The notes below the pieces were generated by a model that did not search any database, was not told the DNA's origin, and saw nothing but the letters and a program-made list of their open reading frames with translations. A DNA stretch of 52,209 nt from Octopus bimaculoides (lineage: Eukaryota), in NCBI RefSeq assembly GCF_001194135.2, contig NC_069007.1, positions 18,614,915-18,667,123 on the forward strand, written 5' to 3'. Position numbers and translations under genes: made by a program. Of the stretch, positions 12,229 through 24,487 are shown one piece after another (within the stretch, counting starts at the first letter, position 1; each line of letters starts with the position of its first letter).

Positions 12229-12274
12229 GACACCTGATGAAGGCTGGAGGGTGTATTAGCCGAAACGTTGTGTT
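12229..12274 (+). ncRNA. Minimal type I hammerhead ribozyme-like motif, copy 2
   Basis: gacac-CTGATGA-a-ggctg..tagcc-GAAAC-GTT-gtgtt; palindromic AACGTT stem III. Confidence 0.62.
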
Positions 12275-13439
12275 AACAACAAACAAGATGAGGACAAATA
12301 TCTGTCAAATGTAAATAATTCCTCATCTCTTAAATATAGAACTGTAATAGACTTGTCATCCGCGAAACAAGTGCACCTGTTAACTGGGGGCAAACCAGAG
12401 TAGCAAATCCTCCATACCTTCATCATGCAACTAGTGCAGCTGTCATCCCTGAAACTCATGCAACTATCATTCAGGCCCCACCGCGAACTACTGCACATGC
12501 CACTCATGCAACTGATGCACCTGTTCACCAGGCAAATTACTGCAGCAGCCCTCCACAATCTCACCATGCAACTGTTGTCCATGCAAATGATGCACATGTC
12601 TTTGGTTGCCAGTTACCCTAAAACTTTCAAAGTGTAGAAGATTGCGTAACAAACTAACCTGTAACCCTCAAAAATGGAAATTTTGATTGTAATATATATA
12701 TGTATGTATGTGTGTGTCGAAACCATAATGATATCTGCAGGGCAGCTGATGATGGAGGTATGTTGGATTCTTGGTATGGCTGTTTTTGTATATGTGAAAT
12801 AGTATTATAGCACATCCTTTTGATATATATATATATATATATATATATGTAGAGTTAATGCATTTCCATTCCCCTGTTTAATCCTCCCCCCCCACCTTCC
12901 CAGTCCTCGGGGGCCTTTAGGAGGGTCCACTCTGTTGTAGACCAATAGATTTAGCGTCTCTGAGGAGAACCATATCTCTCCTTCTGGTACCAGTCTAGCA
13001 AGCCCTGAAAAATAAAAGTACCATGGATGCTGTCCTTCCTTCTCTGACTAAGAGGTAACAAATAAAGAAATAAATAAAAATAAAAATGAAATAAAATAAC
13101 ACAACTTTCTCGTTTTCATGATCAGATGAATGGCGAAAGTCTGGAATGGTAAATGTTTATGATTATGATGATGACTATAGTGGTGGTGAGGGTAGAGAGG
13201 GATAATGATGGTGATGGTGTTGGTGAAGTAGTATAGGATGGCTATGGTGGTTGAAGTGTAATAATAATGGTTGACAAGAACGGTGGTGGTAGCAGCAGCA
13301 GCGGAGGCAGTGGCAGTGATGCTGTGATGGTCATGGTGATGTAAATGATGATGTTGATGTGGAGACGGAGGATGGTGAAATGATAATAATGATGATTTGG
13401 TGGAAGAGGAGGAGGAGGAGGAGAAGAAGAAGAAGAAGA

Positions 13440-13910
13440 CGGTAGTGGTGATGGAAGTGTTGATATTATGGTGACGATGATGACGACAATGATGACAGTG
13501 ATGTCGATGACAGTGATGATGATGAGTGATGACGATGACAGTGGTGACGATAACAGTGATGATGATGACAGTGATGATGATGAGTGATGACGATGACAGT
13601 GATGATGATGAGTGATGACGATGACAGTAATGATGATGACAGTGATGATGATGAGTGATGATGATGACAGTGATGATGATGAGTGATGACGATGACAGTG
13701 ATGACGATGACAGTGATGACGATGAGTGATGACGATGACAGTGATGACGATGACAGTGATGATGATGACAGTGATGATGATGAGTGATGATGATGACAGT
13801 GATGATGATGAGTGATGACGATGACAGTGATGACGATGACAGTGATGATGATGACAGTGATGATGATGATGACAGTGATGATGATGACAGTGATGATGAT
13901 GACAGTGATC
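13440..13910. repeat. (GAT/GAC)-based compound microsatellite
   Basis: gatgacagtgatgatgatgagtgatgac reiterations. Confidence 0.95.
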
Positions 13911-13964
13911 GTTCAGCATCAACAGTGAAAGAAGTGTGTTTCACAGTAAAACAGACAAATGCCA

Positions 13965-14340
13965 CCACATCAATAGGCCAAAAGAAAAAAAAAATCACAT
14001 TTATAGGCAAAAATAACAATAGGCAAAAAAATCACAAGAATAAGCAATCATCACATTAATAGGCAAAAATTATATCATAGGCAACCATCAGACCAATAGG
14101 CAACCATCACATTGATAGGCAAAAATCACATATCAATAGGCAAAAAATCACATCTAAAGATAAAAATGACATCAATAGGCAATCACCATACCAATAGGCA
14201 ATAAAATGATATTATAGGCAACCACTACATGAACAGGTAAAAAAAAAACACATCAATAGGAAACCGCCACATCTATAGGCAGCCATCACATCAATAGGCA
14301 ATGACCACATCTATAGGCAACTGTCACAACTATAGGCAGA
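13965..14340. repeat. Minisatellite, core catcaataggcaa
   Basis: About a dozen diverged ~24-bp units. Confidence 0.85.
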
Positions 14341-14842
14341 ATTAATAACCCCTTTCTACAGGCAAAGAGGGACAAGTTTGAGTAGTGTTTTTGTTGATTA
14401 CTGACCCTCTATTACTAATACATTCATTAGTAATATATGTTAATTAATTAAAGTACTGAGTTGGCATATAAGTTGTGAACAAATTTACATATATATGTTT
14501 AATAAAGATGGGTCTGTCCTCTCTGGGCTAATAAACCTCATATTTAAACCACAATGAGTTTGTGTGTCAATTATTCTCATGTTTAAACCTGTAGTGTTGA
14601 AATCAGCCATATCTGGCTCAAATATTCTACTTGGTTGATGTTAAAACTGGCCAGACCCTGCCTCTTACACCTAACTGACAATGTCATTCTAAAAGTAAAC
14701 AGTCACATCATTGAAATCTGAAAGCTACAAGATAATCCATGATTAATTCAAATATGAATAAAAAAAAGCATTACATTTAACAGAGTAATCTGCATGCTAA
14801 GGGGTTAACCTACAGGAGGGACCCACTATGGGAACAAATCTT

Positions 14843-15010
14843 ATGTTTCCAACACAGGGGTCTTGTTGAACCAAGAGCCCTCATGTTTAAGCTGGGAGGG
14901 GGGTGCTGTGTTAAAAGGCCTCATGTTTCAAACACAGGGGTCTTGTTGAACCAAGAGCCCTCATGTTTAAGCTGGAGGGGGTTTGCTGTGTTAACAGGCC
15001 TCAGGTTTCA
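14843..15010. repeat. ~80-bp tandem duplication
   Basis: aacacaggggtcttgttgaaccaagagccctcatgtttaagctgg occurs twice. Confidence 0.9.
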
Positions 15011-15272
15011 ACCATATGGGAGGGAGGGCTCATTGTACCATGTTTAAACCTGGAGCAGAGTGTTCCAATGCACTAGTAGGGATCAAGCAAAAGTAGACGA
15101 GTTATTCTCAAGAGAGAGAAGAGAAAGAGAGAAAGAAAGAGGGAGAGAGAGAAGAGAGAGAAAGAAAGAAAGGAGAGAGTTTATCCACACATACACATAT
15201 CGAAGTTGGTCTCAAGCCTATGTAGTTGTAGCCAGTTATAGCCCATATTCCATGTATATGTGTGTGTGCAAG

Positions 15273-15318
<46 letters not shown>

Positions 15319-16347
15319 AACACACACTAATATAGAACAGTGAGAATGAGTGCTCAACACCACATTGTTGGATAAATATTCTTTATTTGTGAGTTAGTAA
15401 AGCTACCATTGGTTTCATGCTGAGAACTCTCAGCAATTATCAAGCCTGTCACATTGGGACATTGGTACTCAGCTCCATCTTGGATGAGAATGGAGATGAG
15501 CAACGCTTCATAATTGTTGAGAAATTTCTCTTAGCATGAAACCAATGGAAGCCTTAGGGGAGTTAACTGCCCCATGAATGTCGCTAGAATCACCAGACTA
15601 GACTAGTTTCGCCTATCAGTTGTTACACTATGTGGTTTGTGCCTGATGACTGTGTTGGGATGTTACACATTTTATAATTCATTAATTGGCATGCTCTCAG
15701 CATAAGAAACTATTAGTAGCAAATAAAAACGCATACTGTTTCTATAAAATAATATTTATTTCTCACTTGATGGAGAACATTTTTGGTTGATCTTATCTTC
15801 ATGGAACAGCACAATATATATATTCTCCATTTACCAAATCAGATTCTAAAGACATTTTTCAACCCCATCCCATCTGACTGTATCCCTACAACCATACAGT
15901 TGCAAAACTAACTTCAGCTATTCTTTGGGGACTAATTTGCTGAAGCAACGAGAGATCATTGGGCTTTGTGAGTAGCTAGTGAAACCAAGGGGTGTGTAGG
16001 TGTGTGCACGCATGTATGTGTAGAAAGGGAAACAGGGGGAGGTGGTGGAGTGAAAAGAAGATCTCCTGTGAATGATAGCTTAGTGGTGCTCGTAGTCCCC
16101 CACCCACCCACAACCACCACACCTAAACTACGGAGAAAGGGTCCCAGGAAATGCTAATTATAATAAATAGTTGAGCAGACTGACCAAGTTTGGAGTGAAA
16201 GCAGAACATACATCAATCAGGGTTAATTAATTTTAAAAAAAATGGATATGTAGATTAGGGTGGAGAACCAGTTCATGCAGGGTGTACTCGAGTGGTAACC
16301 ATGAAGAGCAGAAGGTTAAGAAAGAGAGAAAGACAGAGAAATAGAGA

Positions 16348-16356
16348 TGCATATAT

Positions 16357-16398
<42 letters not shown>

Positions 16399-16413
16399 GT
16401 GTGTGTGTATATG

Positions 16414-16446
<33 letters not shown>

Positions 16447-16522
16447 NNNNNNNNNNTATATATATACATATATATATATACACACACACATATATATCTG
16501 TATATCTATATATCTATATATC

Positions 16523-16553
<31 letters not shown>

Positions 16554-16796
16554 GTGTTTGTATATATATATATGTATATGTGTGTATAGAGATACACATA
16601 TATATACATACAAATATATGTGTGTGTTTATGTATATATATATATATATATATAATATACATATGTGTGTATATATATATACATATACATACAAATATAT
16701 ATGTGTGTGTTTATGTATATATATGTATATATATATATATACATATGTGTATATATATATATATATTTGTATGTGTGTGTATGCATATATATACAT

Positions 16797-16837
<41 letters not shown>

Positions 16838-16847
16838 NNNNNNNNNN
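16348..16847. repeat. (TA)n/(TG)n microsatellite block
   Basis: Directly visible. Confidence 0.95.
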
Positions 16848-16962
16848 AAAATATAAACAATGGGAGGAAATGACAGAGAGAAAGAGAGAGAGACAACAAG
16901 AAAACAGAAAGCATTTAAGTAATAACAATAATAATAATAATGGTACTTATTTTATTGATCCT

Positions 16963-17005
<43 letters not shown>

Positions 17006-17081
17006 CAATAACAAGAGTTTCTTTGCCCTAGGTGTCGGGAAGACACTCAGCAAGAAATGGGAGCAAAGTTGAAAGAAGAGG

Positions 17082-17136
<55 letters not shown>

Positions 17137-17347
17137 TAATAACGATAATAATATTACTTTCCACTAAAGACACAAGGCCTGAAATTTTGGGGGAGGGGAC
17201 CAGTCAATTGCATTGACCCCGGTATGCAACTGGTACTTAATTTATCGACCCTGAAAGGAAGAAAGGCGAAGTCGGCCTCGGCGGAATTTGAACTCAGAAC
17301 GTAAAGACAAACAAAATACTGCTAAGCATTCTGCCAGCTTTGCCACC

Positions 17348-17437
<90 letters not shown>

Positions 17438-17517
17438 GTAATAATAATAATAATTATTAGTGAAGTGAAAGCACGTTATAAAAATAAAACTACTGAACAA
17501 TAATAATAATAATAATA

Positions 17518-17810
17518 AAGAGATCAAGGATAATTGACCAGATATTGTTGTTAAGGACCATGATGAAAAGAAATGTGAAGTAATAAGAAAGAGTATCGGT
17601 CACCAGAGATGTTAACATATCTCACAAAATGGACAAGTTAGCCAAATTGAACAATCTTGAAATAGAGATAACCACATATGGAAGCTGAAAGCAAGAACAG
17701 TCTCGATGATAATAATAGTAATAATAATAATAATAATAATAGTAATAATAATGAAAGGTGCTTTGATAACGATTAAAATAAACCAACATGCAAACGAAGA
17801 GATAACGAAC
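17518..17810 (+). mobile_element. R4/Dong-like non-LTR retrotransposon, REL endonuclease fragment (decayed)
   Basis: Frameshifted translation N*PDIVVKDHDEKKC...RDVNISHKMDKLAKLNNLEIEIT/HIWKLKART...III...GAL fits the REL (PD-D/ExK) region. Confidence 0.7.
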
Positions 17811-18010
17811 ACAATTAGTTTATTGTATGCAACATAGCAATACTAGTCACCACAAACATACATGTATATCGTATGGAATGGTTTCAATGGAGAGTAGAAA
17901 CAGAAACATAAACCACTGCACAAAACTGAAAGCCAACAGAGTTTGCATTTGATGCGCAGTGAAAGCATGCAATAAATATAAAACTGTTGAATAATAATAA
18001 TAATAATAAT

Positions 18011-18041
<31 letters not shown>

Positions 18042-18056
18042 TCAATAATAATAATA

Positions 18057-18087
<31 letters not shown>

Positions 18088-18104
18088 TAATAATGATAAT
18101 AATA

Positions 18105-18236
18105 AAATCCTATGCAAGATTGATGTCTTGCAAAAAGCATCCTTATTGGGCACAGCGCACATCTTAAGGAAAGTATTATCGGTCTGAGGTCCTTGTTGTG
18201 ACTTGACAGACGACTAAAGACTCCGGTGTTACGAAG

Positions 18237-18237
<1 letters not shown>
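18105..18237 (+). mobile_element. R4/Dong-like element 3' end
   Basis: LQKASLLGTAHILRKVLSV* then 3' UTR gaggtccttgttgtgacttgac and (TAA)n. Confidence 0.8.
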
Positions 18238-18280
<43 letters not shown>

Positions 18281-18282
<2 letters not shown>

Positions 18283-18535
18283 GGTTATCCCTCTTGTCAT
18301 TGGAGCATTGGGTTCAATACCACCCAATCTCAAAAAAATATCCGAAAACTTTAGAAATACCTCACAATGTCGGTGTATTGCAAAAGTCGGTATTGGAACT
18401 GTACGTATATTGCTTAAAGTACCATCTGTCTGGGGTCCTTGTTGTGACTTGACAAACAGTACCAACCTCCACAGTAGAAACAATATCTTCAATCAACGAC
18501 CTCATGATATTGTATACTGTGCGATGTCTACAATA
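18281..18535 (+). mobile_element. R4/Dong-like element 3' fragment
   Basis: KVIPLVIGALGSIPPNLKK...VLQKS../GTVRILLKV with frameshifts; same gtccttgttgtgacttgac 3' UTR motif; TAA flanks. Confidence 0.75.
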
Positions 18536-18540
18536 ATAAT

Positions 18541-18915
18541 TGGTTCGTTGGCACTCCGTCGAGGGTTCCAGTTGATCCGATCAACGGAACAACCTGCTCG
18601 TGAAATTAATGTGCAAGTGGCTGAGCACTCCACAGACACGTGTATCCTTAACGTAGTTCTTGGGGATATTCAGCGTGACACAGTGTGACAAGGCTGACCC
18701 TTTGAATTACAGGCACAACAGAAACAGGAAGTAAGAGTGAGAGAAAATTGTGGTGAAAGAGTACAGCAGGGTTCACCACCATCCCCTGCCGGATGCCTCG
18801 TGGAGCTTTAGATGTTTTCGCTCAATAAACACTCACAACGCCCGGTCTGGGAATCGAAACTGCGATCCTACAACCGCGAGTCCGCTGCCTTAACCACTGG
18901 GCCATTGCGCCTCCA
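18541..18915 (-). mobile_element. tRNA-derived SINE family F
   Basis: Head tggcccagtggttaag / gtttcgattccc; homologous pieces at 5177-5303 and 25930-26185. Confidence 0.8.
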
Positions 18916-20794
18916 CTATCTCTGAAAATAGGAAGGCAGAAATTCTCAATCATTTTGACTTCATAGCTCACTGGAGATTAAAAGAAAATAAATTCCTGGC
19001 ACATTTTATATGAAAAGTTAAAAACGAAATGCTTTAAAATCAAATTGGAGACCCCCCCACCACACAAAAAAAAAACACAGGCAGCTTGTTTTGTTAATGA
19101 TATTTTTGCATTAAAAAAATTACAACTAACACGTTTTTCATGGCACATGTTCAAACATCTGTGTCAATAGTGTACAACTTTTTGTTATCAAATATCTATT
19201 GAAAAGCATTGCCTTTGTTTCAATTTATTTTGAAAATAATGGGAAGTTTAGCAAAATATCATTGTCATTATTAATCAGGTGGTTGCAACATAAATTACTA
19301 CAAAATTGTGACGGAAGGTTTTAATTTAGATCACTATAAAACATAATGTTTATATCATAAAAGTAGGGATGGTCTTAGGTGGGTTGGCATCAAAAGGGTC
19401 AAGACAAATATGATGAAAAGGTCTGGAAGCTAAATCATATGACTAGTGTATTTCTCTTGACACACACTGCATCATCATCATCATCATCATCATCATCGTT
19501 TAACGTCCGCTTTCCATGCTAGCATGGGTTGGACGATTTGACTGAGGACTGGTGAAACTGGATGGCTACACCAGGCTCCATGAAAATTACAAAGAATTTA
19601 GTGGAATGATTTTAGTCATAAATTAATCTAGTGTGAGGAACAGAAATCAGCATGAACTCTTAATGAGAAATTTTAATTAAGATCACTTGAAAACAGGGAT
19701 TTTGTATCCTAGAACCAAAGATAGCGGTTCGGCAAAAGACACAGATAGAATAAGTGCTAGGATTACAAAGCATAAGTTCTGGGGTTGATTAGTTCGACTG
19801 AAGGTGGTGCTCCAGCATGGCCGCAGTCAAATGATTAAAACAAATAAAGGAATAAAGACACATTTAGCTAAACTTGATGAAGGAGTATCTACATGTCTAC
19901 CAGGCCTGCTAGAAATAACAGCTAAATCTCTATTTTATGCCAAAAAGACTCTGTCATCTTAGATAATGAAGTTCAAGAAACACTAAAAATTGAATAAACA
20001 TGATTCAGTGCCTTTGGTCATAGATCTACTCACCCAGGGATAGCCCAGGGTTAAATAACAGCTAAACTTGATATCAGCTCAATGTAGGAATCTCTGTGTC
20101 AGAATTAACTAGAATTACACATTAACTATAATCGCTGCTGCACCAACCCTAGATCTTTCACATTAGTCTAGGAAGTCTCTGTTGTCATCATTATTTAGTC
20201 ATTGTCATCGTGTGACAATGACAAGCGTTTGTCATTCCTTCCTGCATTAGCCAAACAGAGGAACCACAAACAAAGTGGTTGAAACAAGTTTGACCTCGTT
20301 TGACCTTATCTGACATTGTTTGACCTGCTTCTGTAGCACCGAAATATCAGCAAGGATTGGTTAAAGTAGGACTTCAACATCACACACACTCTATATGTTT
20401 TCTTTTATTTTATTTTGCTTTGCATGTTTCAGCTATGTGACTGCTGTCATGCTGGAGCACTACAATGAAAAATTGATATTTTCAGCCAGTTGAATCCAGA
20501 TCAGTTGGTTGGATGTGATGTGGTTCTGTAAACACACGCACACACACACACACATACACGCGCATGTGTGTGTATATGTGTGTATATATGTACAACATGT
20601 GAAGGCACATGGCTCAGTGGTTAGAGCGTCGAGCTTGCGATCGTGAGGTTGTGAGTTCAAATCCCGGACCAGAGTTGAGAGCTTGTGCATCAGCTTGCAG
20701 CTTTTCCAGAGCTTCTAAAATGAAATTACACACACACACACACACAAAAAGTGAGAATGAGTGATGAACACCACATTGCTGGATAAATATTCTT

Positions 20795-20998
20795 TATTTG
20801 TAAGTCAATAAAGCTACCACTGGTTTCATGCAGAGAATTCTCTGCAATTATCCAACCTGCCACATTAGGACAGTGGTACTCATCTCCATTTTGGTATTCA
20901 AGGACGGATATGGGTACCGTTGTCCTAATGTGACAAGTTCAATAATTACCGAGAATTCTCAGCATGAAACTAATTGTAGTTTTGTTAACCCACAAATA
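20795..20998. repeat. Diverged fold-back repeat, homologous to 15340-15550
   Basis: Arms ..ggtttcatgcagagaattctctgcaattat..cacattaggaca.. occur inverted; same family upstream. Confidence 0.6.
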
Positions 20999-21459
20999 AT
21001 ATACACAAACACATACTCTATACTTGATGGAAATAGCAGCCAAATCTTCCTCAACTTATACTCTATCATCTTGGATAAAGAAGAATACAGTGCAGAATAT
21101 AGTGATCAAAAGACGGAATGGTCAGTGCTGGATGTCTTTGACCCATTGGTCTGCTCAGGAAAGCTGGACTCAAACAACAACAACAGCAACAACAGTAGCA
21201 GACAAAACTAATGTGAAGGCAAATCACGCAAAACAACAATGGCGGCAAGGGCAGATGAAACGGCTGTGAGGGAAAATCACACAAACGACAACACCAACAA
21301 CAGCATCCATAGTTATAACAACAACAATCATCATCACTATTGTCATCATCGTTATCATTGCTGTCTTCATAGACATGTTCAACATCAGTGGAGAGACTTG
21401 CTTCAGAATCACCAGAAAGGTCTCTACTTTCGTCAATAACAACACTTGCTGAGACACCC

Positions 21460-21491
<32 letters not shown>

Positions 21492-22096
21492 AGCAGCAGC
21501 ACCAGAGATCTCATCCATCATCATCATCATCATCGTTTGTTAAACTTCCTTAAGTGTCNNNNNNNNNNNNNNNNNNNNNNNNNNNNNNNNNNNNNNNNNN
21601 NNNNNNNNNNNNNNNNNNNNNNNNNNNNNNNNNNNNNNNNNNNNNNNNNNNNNNNNNNNNNNNNNNNNNNNNNNNNNNNNNNNNNNNNNNNNNNNNNNNN
21701 NNNNNNNNNNNNNNNNNNNNNNNNNNNNNNNNNNNNNNNNNNNNNNNNNNNNNNNNNNNNNNNNNNNNNNNNNNNNNNNNNNNNNNNNNNNNNNNNNNNN
21801 NNNNNNNNNNNNNNNNNNNNNNNNNNNNNNNNNNNNNNNNNNNNNNNNNNNNNNNNNNNNNNNNNNNNNNNNNNNNNNNNNNNNNNNNNNNNNNNNNNNN
21901 NNNNNNNNNNNNNNNNNNNNNNNNNNNNNNNNNNNNNNNNNNNNNNNNNNNNNNNNNNNNNNNNNNNNNNNNNNNNNNNNNNNNNNNNNNNNNNNNNNNN
22001 NNNNNNNNNNNNNNNNNNNNNNNNNNNNNNNNNNNNNNNNNNNNNNNNNNNNNNNNNNNNNNNNNNNNNNNNNNNNNNNNNNNNNNNNNNNNNNNN

Positions 22097-22700
22097 TGTG
22101 GGAGGTGGGAGGATGTGGGAAGTGGGGGAGGAGGAGGTGTTGAGAAGTGGAAGGAGGTGGGAGAAGGACATGGAGGTGAGTGGAGGAGGTTGTGGGAAGT
22201 GGGAGGTGGTAGGAAGAGGATGTGGGAGGTGGGGAAGAGGATGTGGGAAGGGAGAAGGTGGGAGGAGGATGTGAGAGAAGGGGGTGTGGGAGGAGGAGGT
22301 ATAGGAGAATGAGAGGAGGAGGATGTGGGAAGAGAAGGATGGTGTAGGCAGAGGAGGAGAATGATGTGGAAGGAGGGGAGGAGGATGTGCTGCTGTTGGT
22401 GGTGAGGAGGAGGAAGATGAGGTATTGGTGGTGGGAAGAAGAGAAAGAGAAGTGAGAGGGAAAGCAGAAAGAGGAGGAGGAAGGGGAGAAGGGAGGAGAG
22501 GGTTGAGTGGTAGTGGGAAGCAGTGTGTGTATGTGTGTGTGAAGGGTGGGGTTGAAGCAGGTAGGTGAGAGGAAGGTTGTGGTAGGAGAAGAAAGTGAAA
22601 GTGGGAAGAAGACAAGGAGAGAGAGAGAGAGAGAGAGATAAAGAAAGAAGACTTATGGAAGTGTTGAGGGAGGGGGAAGGTAAAAGAGAAAGGTGTGAGG
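22097..22700. repeat. G/A-rich low-complexity tract (similar tract 25695-25930)
   Basis: Strongly purine-biased gggagg/gaggag runs. Confidence 0.9.
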
Positions 22701-23084
22701 AGAAAGGGTCAGTTTTGGAAGGACCCAAACAAAAAGACTGTTTGAAAAGTGTATAAAAGAGACACACAAAAAAAGGAAAAAGAAGTTGTTATATTCAAAG
22801 CTGTTTAGTCCAGAATTCAGAGGCTTTTGAAAAGAAAATCAATCAATATCTTGGCTTACACTTTCTTTTTTTATTGATCTCAAATATTGAACTGCAACAG
22901 TCATACCAGGGTACCATCTTCAAGGCATCTGGTTTATCATATTGATTTTAGTATTTCCTTTATTGATCTCTAAATATATATTGGATCTTGCATTTTCTAT
23001 CTGTTAATTGCTTCATTGAACAGCAGCCATGCTGGAGCACCACCGCCAGGGGTTCTGTCAAATATATATATATATATATATATA

Positions 23085-23131
<47 letters not shown>

Positions 23132-24455
23132 ACAAAAATACCTTGTGGTATTTGGTTGTATGGGTTATACTCCTTTATGCCAGCTCTTTTATTCATTACA
23201 AGGTCTTTAAGGCAGTTACTAGACAAATCACTGTGATTGGTCAATATAACTAACTAAAACACTTGAATGAGGTGAACGCCCCAGCATGGCCACACCAAAT
23301 AAAACAAAATAAAAAATAAGTGTAGAATCCATTTTGTTAAGTCTGTTTGAGTTTGTTAAGAAGCAATTTAAGAGGATGTGCTGATAAAATTGACTCAGTT
23401 GGTGCTTGTGATTAATAAGTGAAGATTAGTGATTAGTGATGATTGAGAAAGATTTGATATTTTGGTAAATGATTCTTATAAAGTAAGCAAAGGCATTGGC
23501 TTGAAGTTTATTACTGGAATTTCCAAATTTTCCTTTGTACCTTCAATTTCCCCTAAACTTTTTTCATTTTTATTTACCATTGAAAAATTGAAAAATTGTT
23601 GAAACCGGTTTGGTATTTTCATAAATCTGTTACAAAATTTAAAAACTACTACACATTTTAAAACTCAGATACATTTTCAACCCCCCTCACCAACTCCCCT
23701 GTGTGGGAATATACTTCTTTTCTCCACACACACACACACACACACACACAATTACTGTTGTATTAACAAGGTTTCATTTCATTGCTATCAGATGCTATAG
23801 AATATATCTACAGATATATCTAAAGAATACATTTGTATATACAAAATTCTTATAAAAAAGAAGAGTTAATATAATAATAATTCAATACTCAAACTAGTTG
23901 TCAAGAAAGTATTCTATATGCCAACTGATGTATCCAATTTAACTAAGCCTATGATAATAAATCACATCTGTAGTTTTATAAGCAAAATGGTCATGGATAG
24001 TAGAAGTGGGTACTCAGTTGCTGATTAAATTCTAATCAAGGACTAAACCATGCATGTCTGGTTAGTCTTTTCTTCTCTGTTGAAGTGATATTTTATAAAT
24101 AAAGTATTGCTTACATTCATCATACTGTAGTGATAGCTAAGAAGTCTGTAGATATATTCTGGGAAGGCAAAGAAAAATAATCTTGACTGGGAAGAAAGAT
24201 GCAGCCAAGCCTTTGAGTAGGAAAGTGGCAAATATCGAAACCTTTAGCAGGATTGTAGGGAGAAAGTGTGGCAGGCATGGCTGTCCTCAGTCAGAGATGG
24301 TTGTAGAGGATTCTTAGCTCTGTTAGTATGGAGGATGTTTACAGCTATTGGAATAAAAAGAAGAGAGAGAGAGAGAGAGAGAGAGAGGAAGGCAGCTGTG
24401 TGCAAGATGAGAGAGGCCACAGAAAGGGTTTCTTAACAGTTATGGAGCGAGACAA

Positions 24456-24487
<32 letters not shown>

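Larger units (their letters stand above)
11981..12345 (+). mobile_element. Penelope-like element terminal repeat, two direct copies
   Basis: ~105-bp direct repeats at ~11984-12105 and ~12201-12301, each with a hammerhead core; Penelope-like elements are known to carry such motifs in tandem terminal repeats. Confidence 0.55.

Noticed and set aside
12715-12760. GAAA...CTGATGA arrangement suggesting a type II hammerhead
   Set aside because: No UH cleavage site in register and no stem II pairing.
13048-14019. 323-aa and 226-aa His/Ser/Ile-rich ORFs
   Set aside because: Translation of a (GAT/GAC) microsatellite; no splice or homology support.
18830-18915. tRNA gene-like sequence
   Set aside because: A/B-box head of a SINE continuous with a repeated body; no complete cloverleaf evident. 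The same applies to the other SINE heads.
20034-20093. 60-nt AG..GT segment on the minus strand
   Set aside because: In-frame stop, weak acceptor, repeat-like context; expected by chance.
23930-24330. Possible decayed LINE reverse transcriptase (AKGFDICH-like motif, minus strand)
   Set aside because: Needs several frameshifts; similarity too weak to call by eye.
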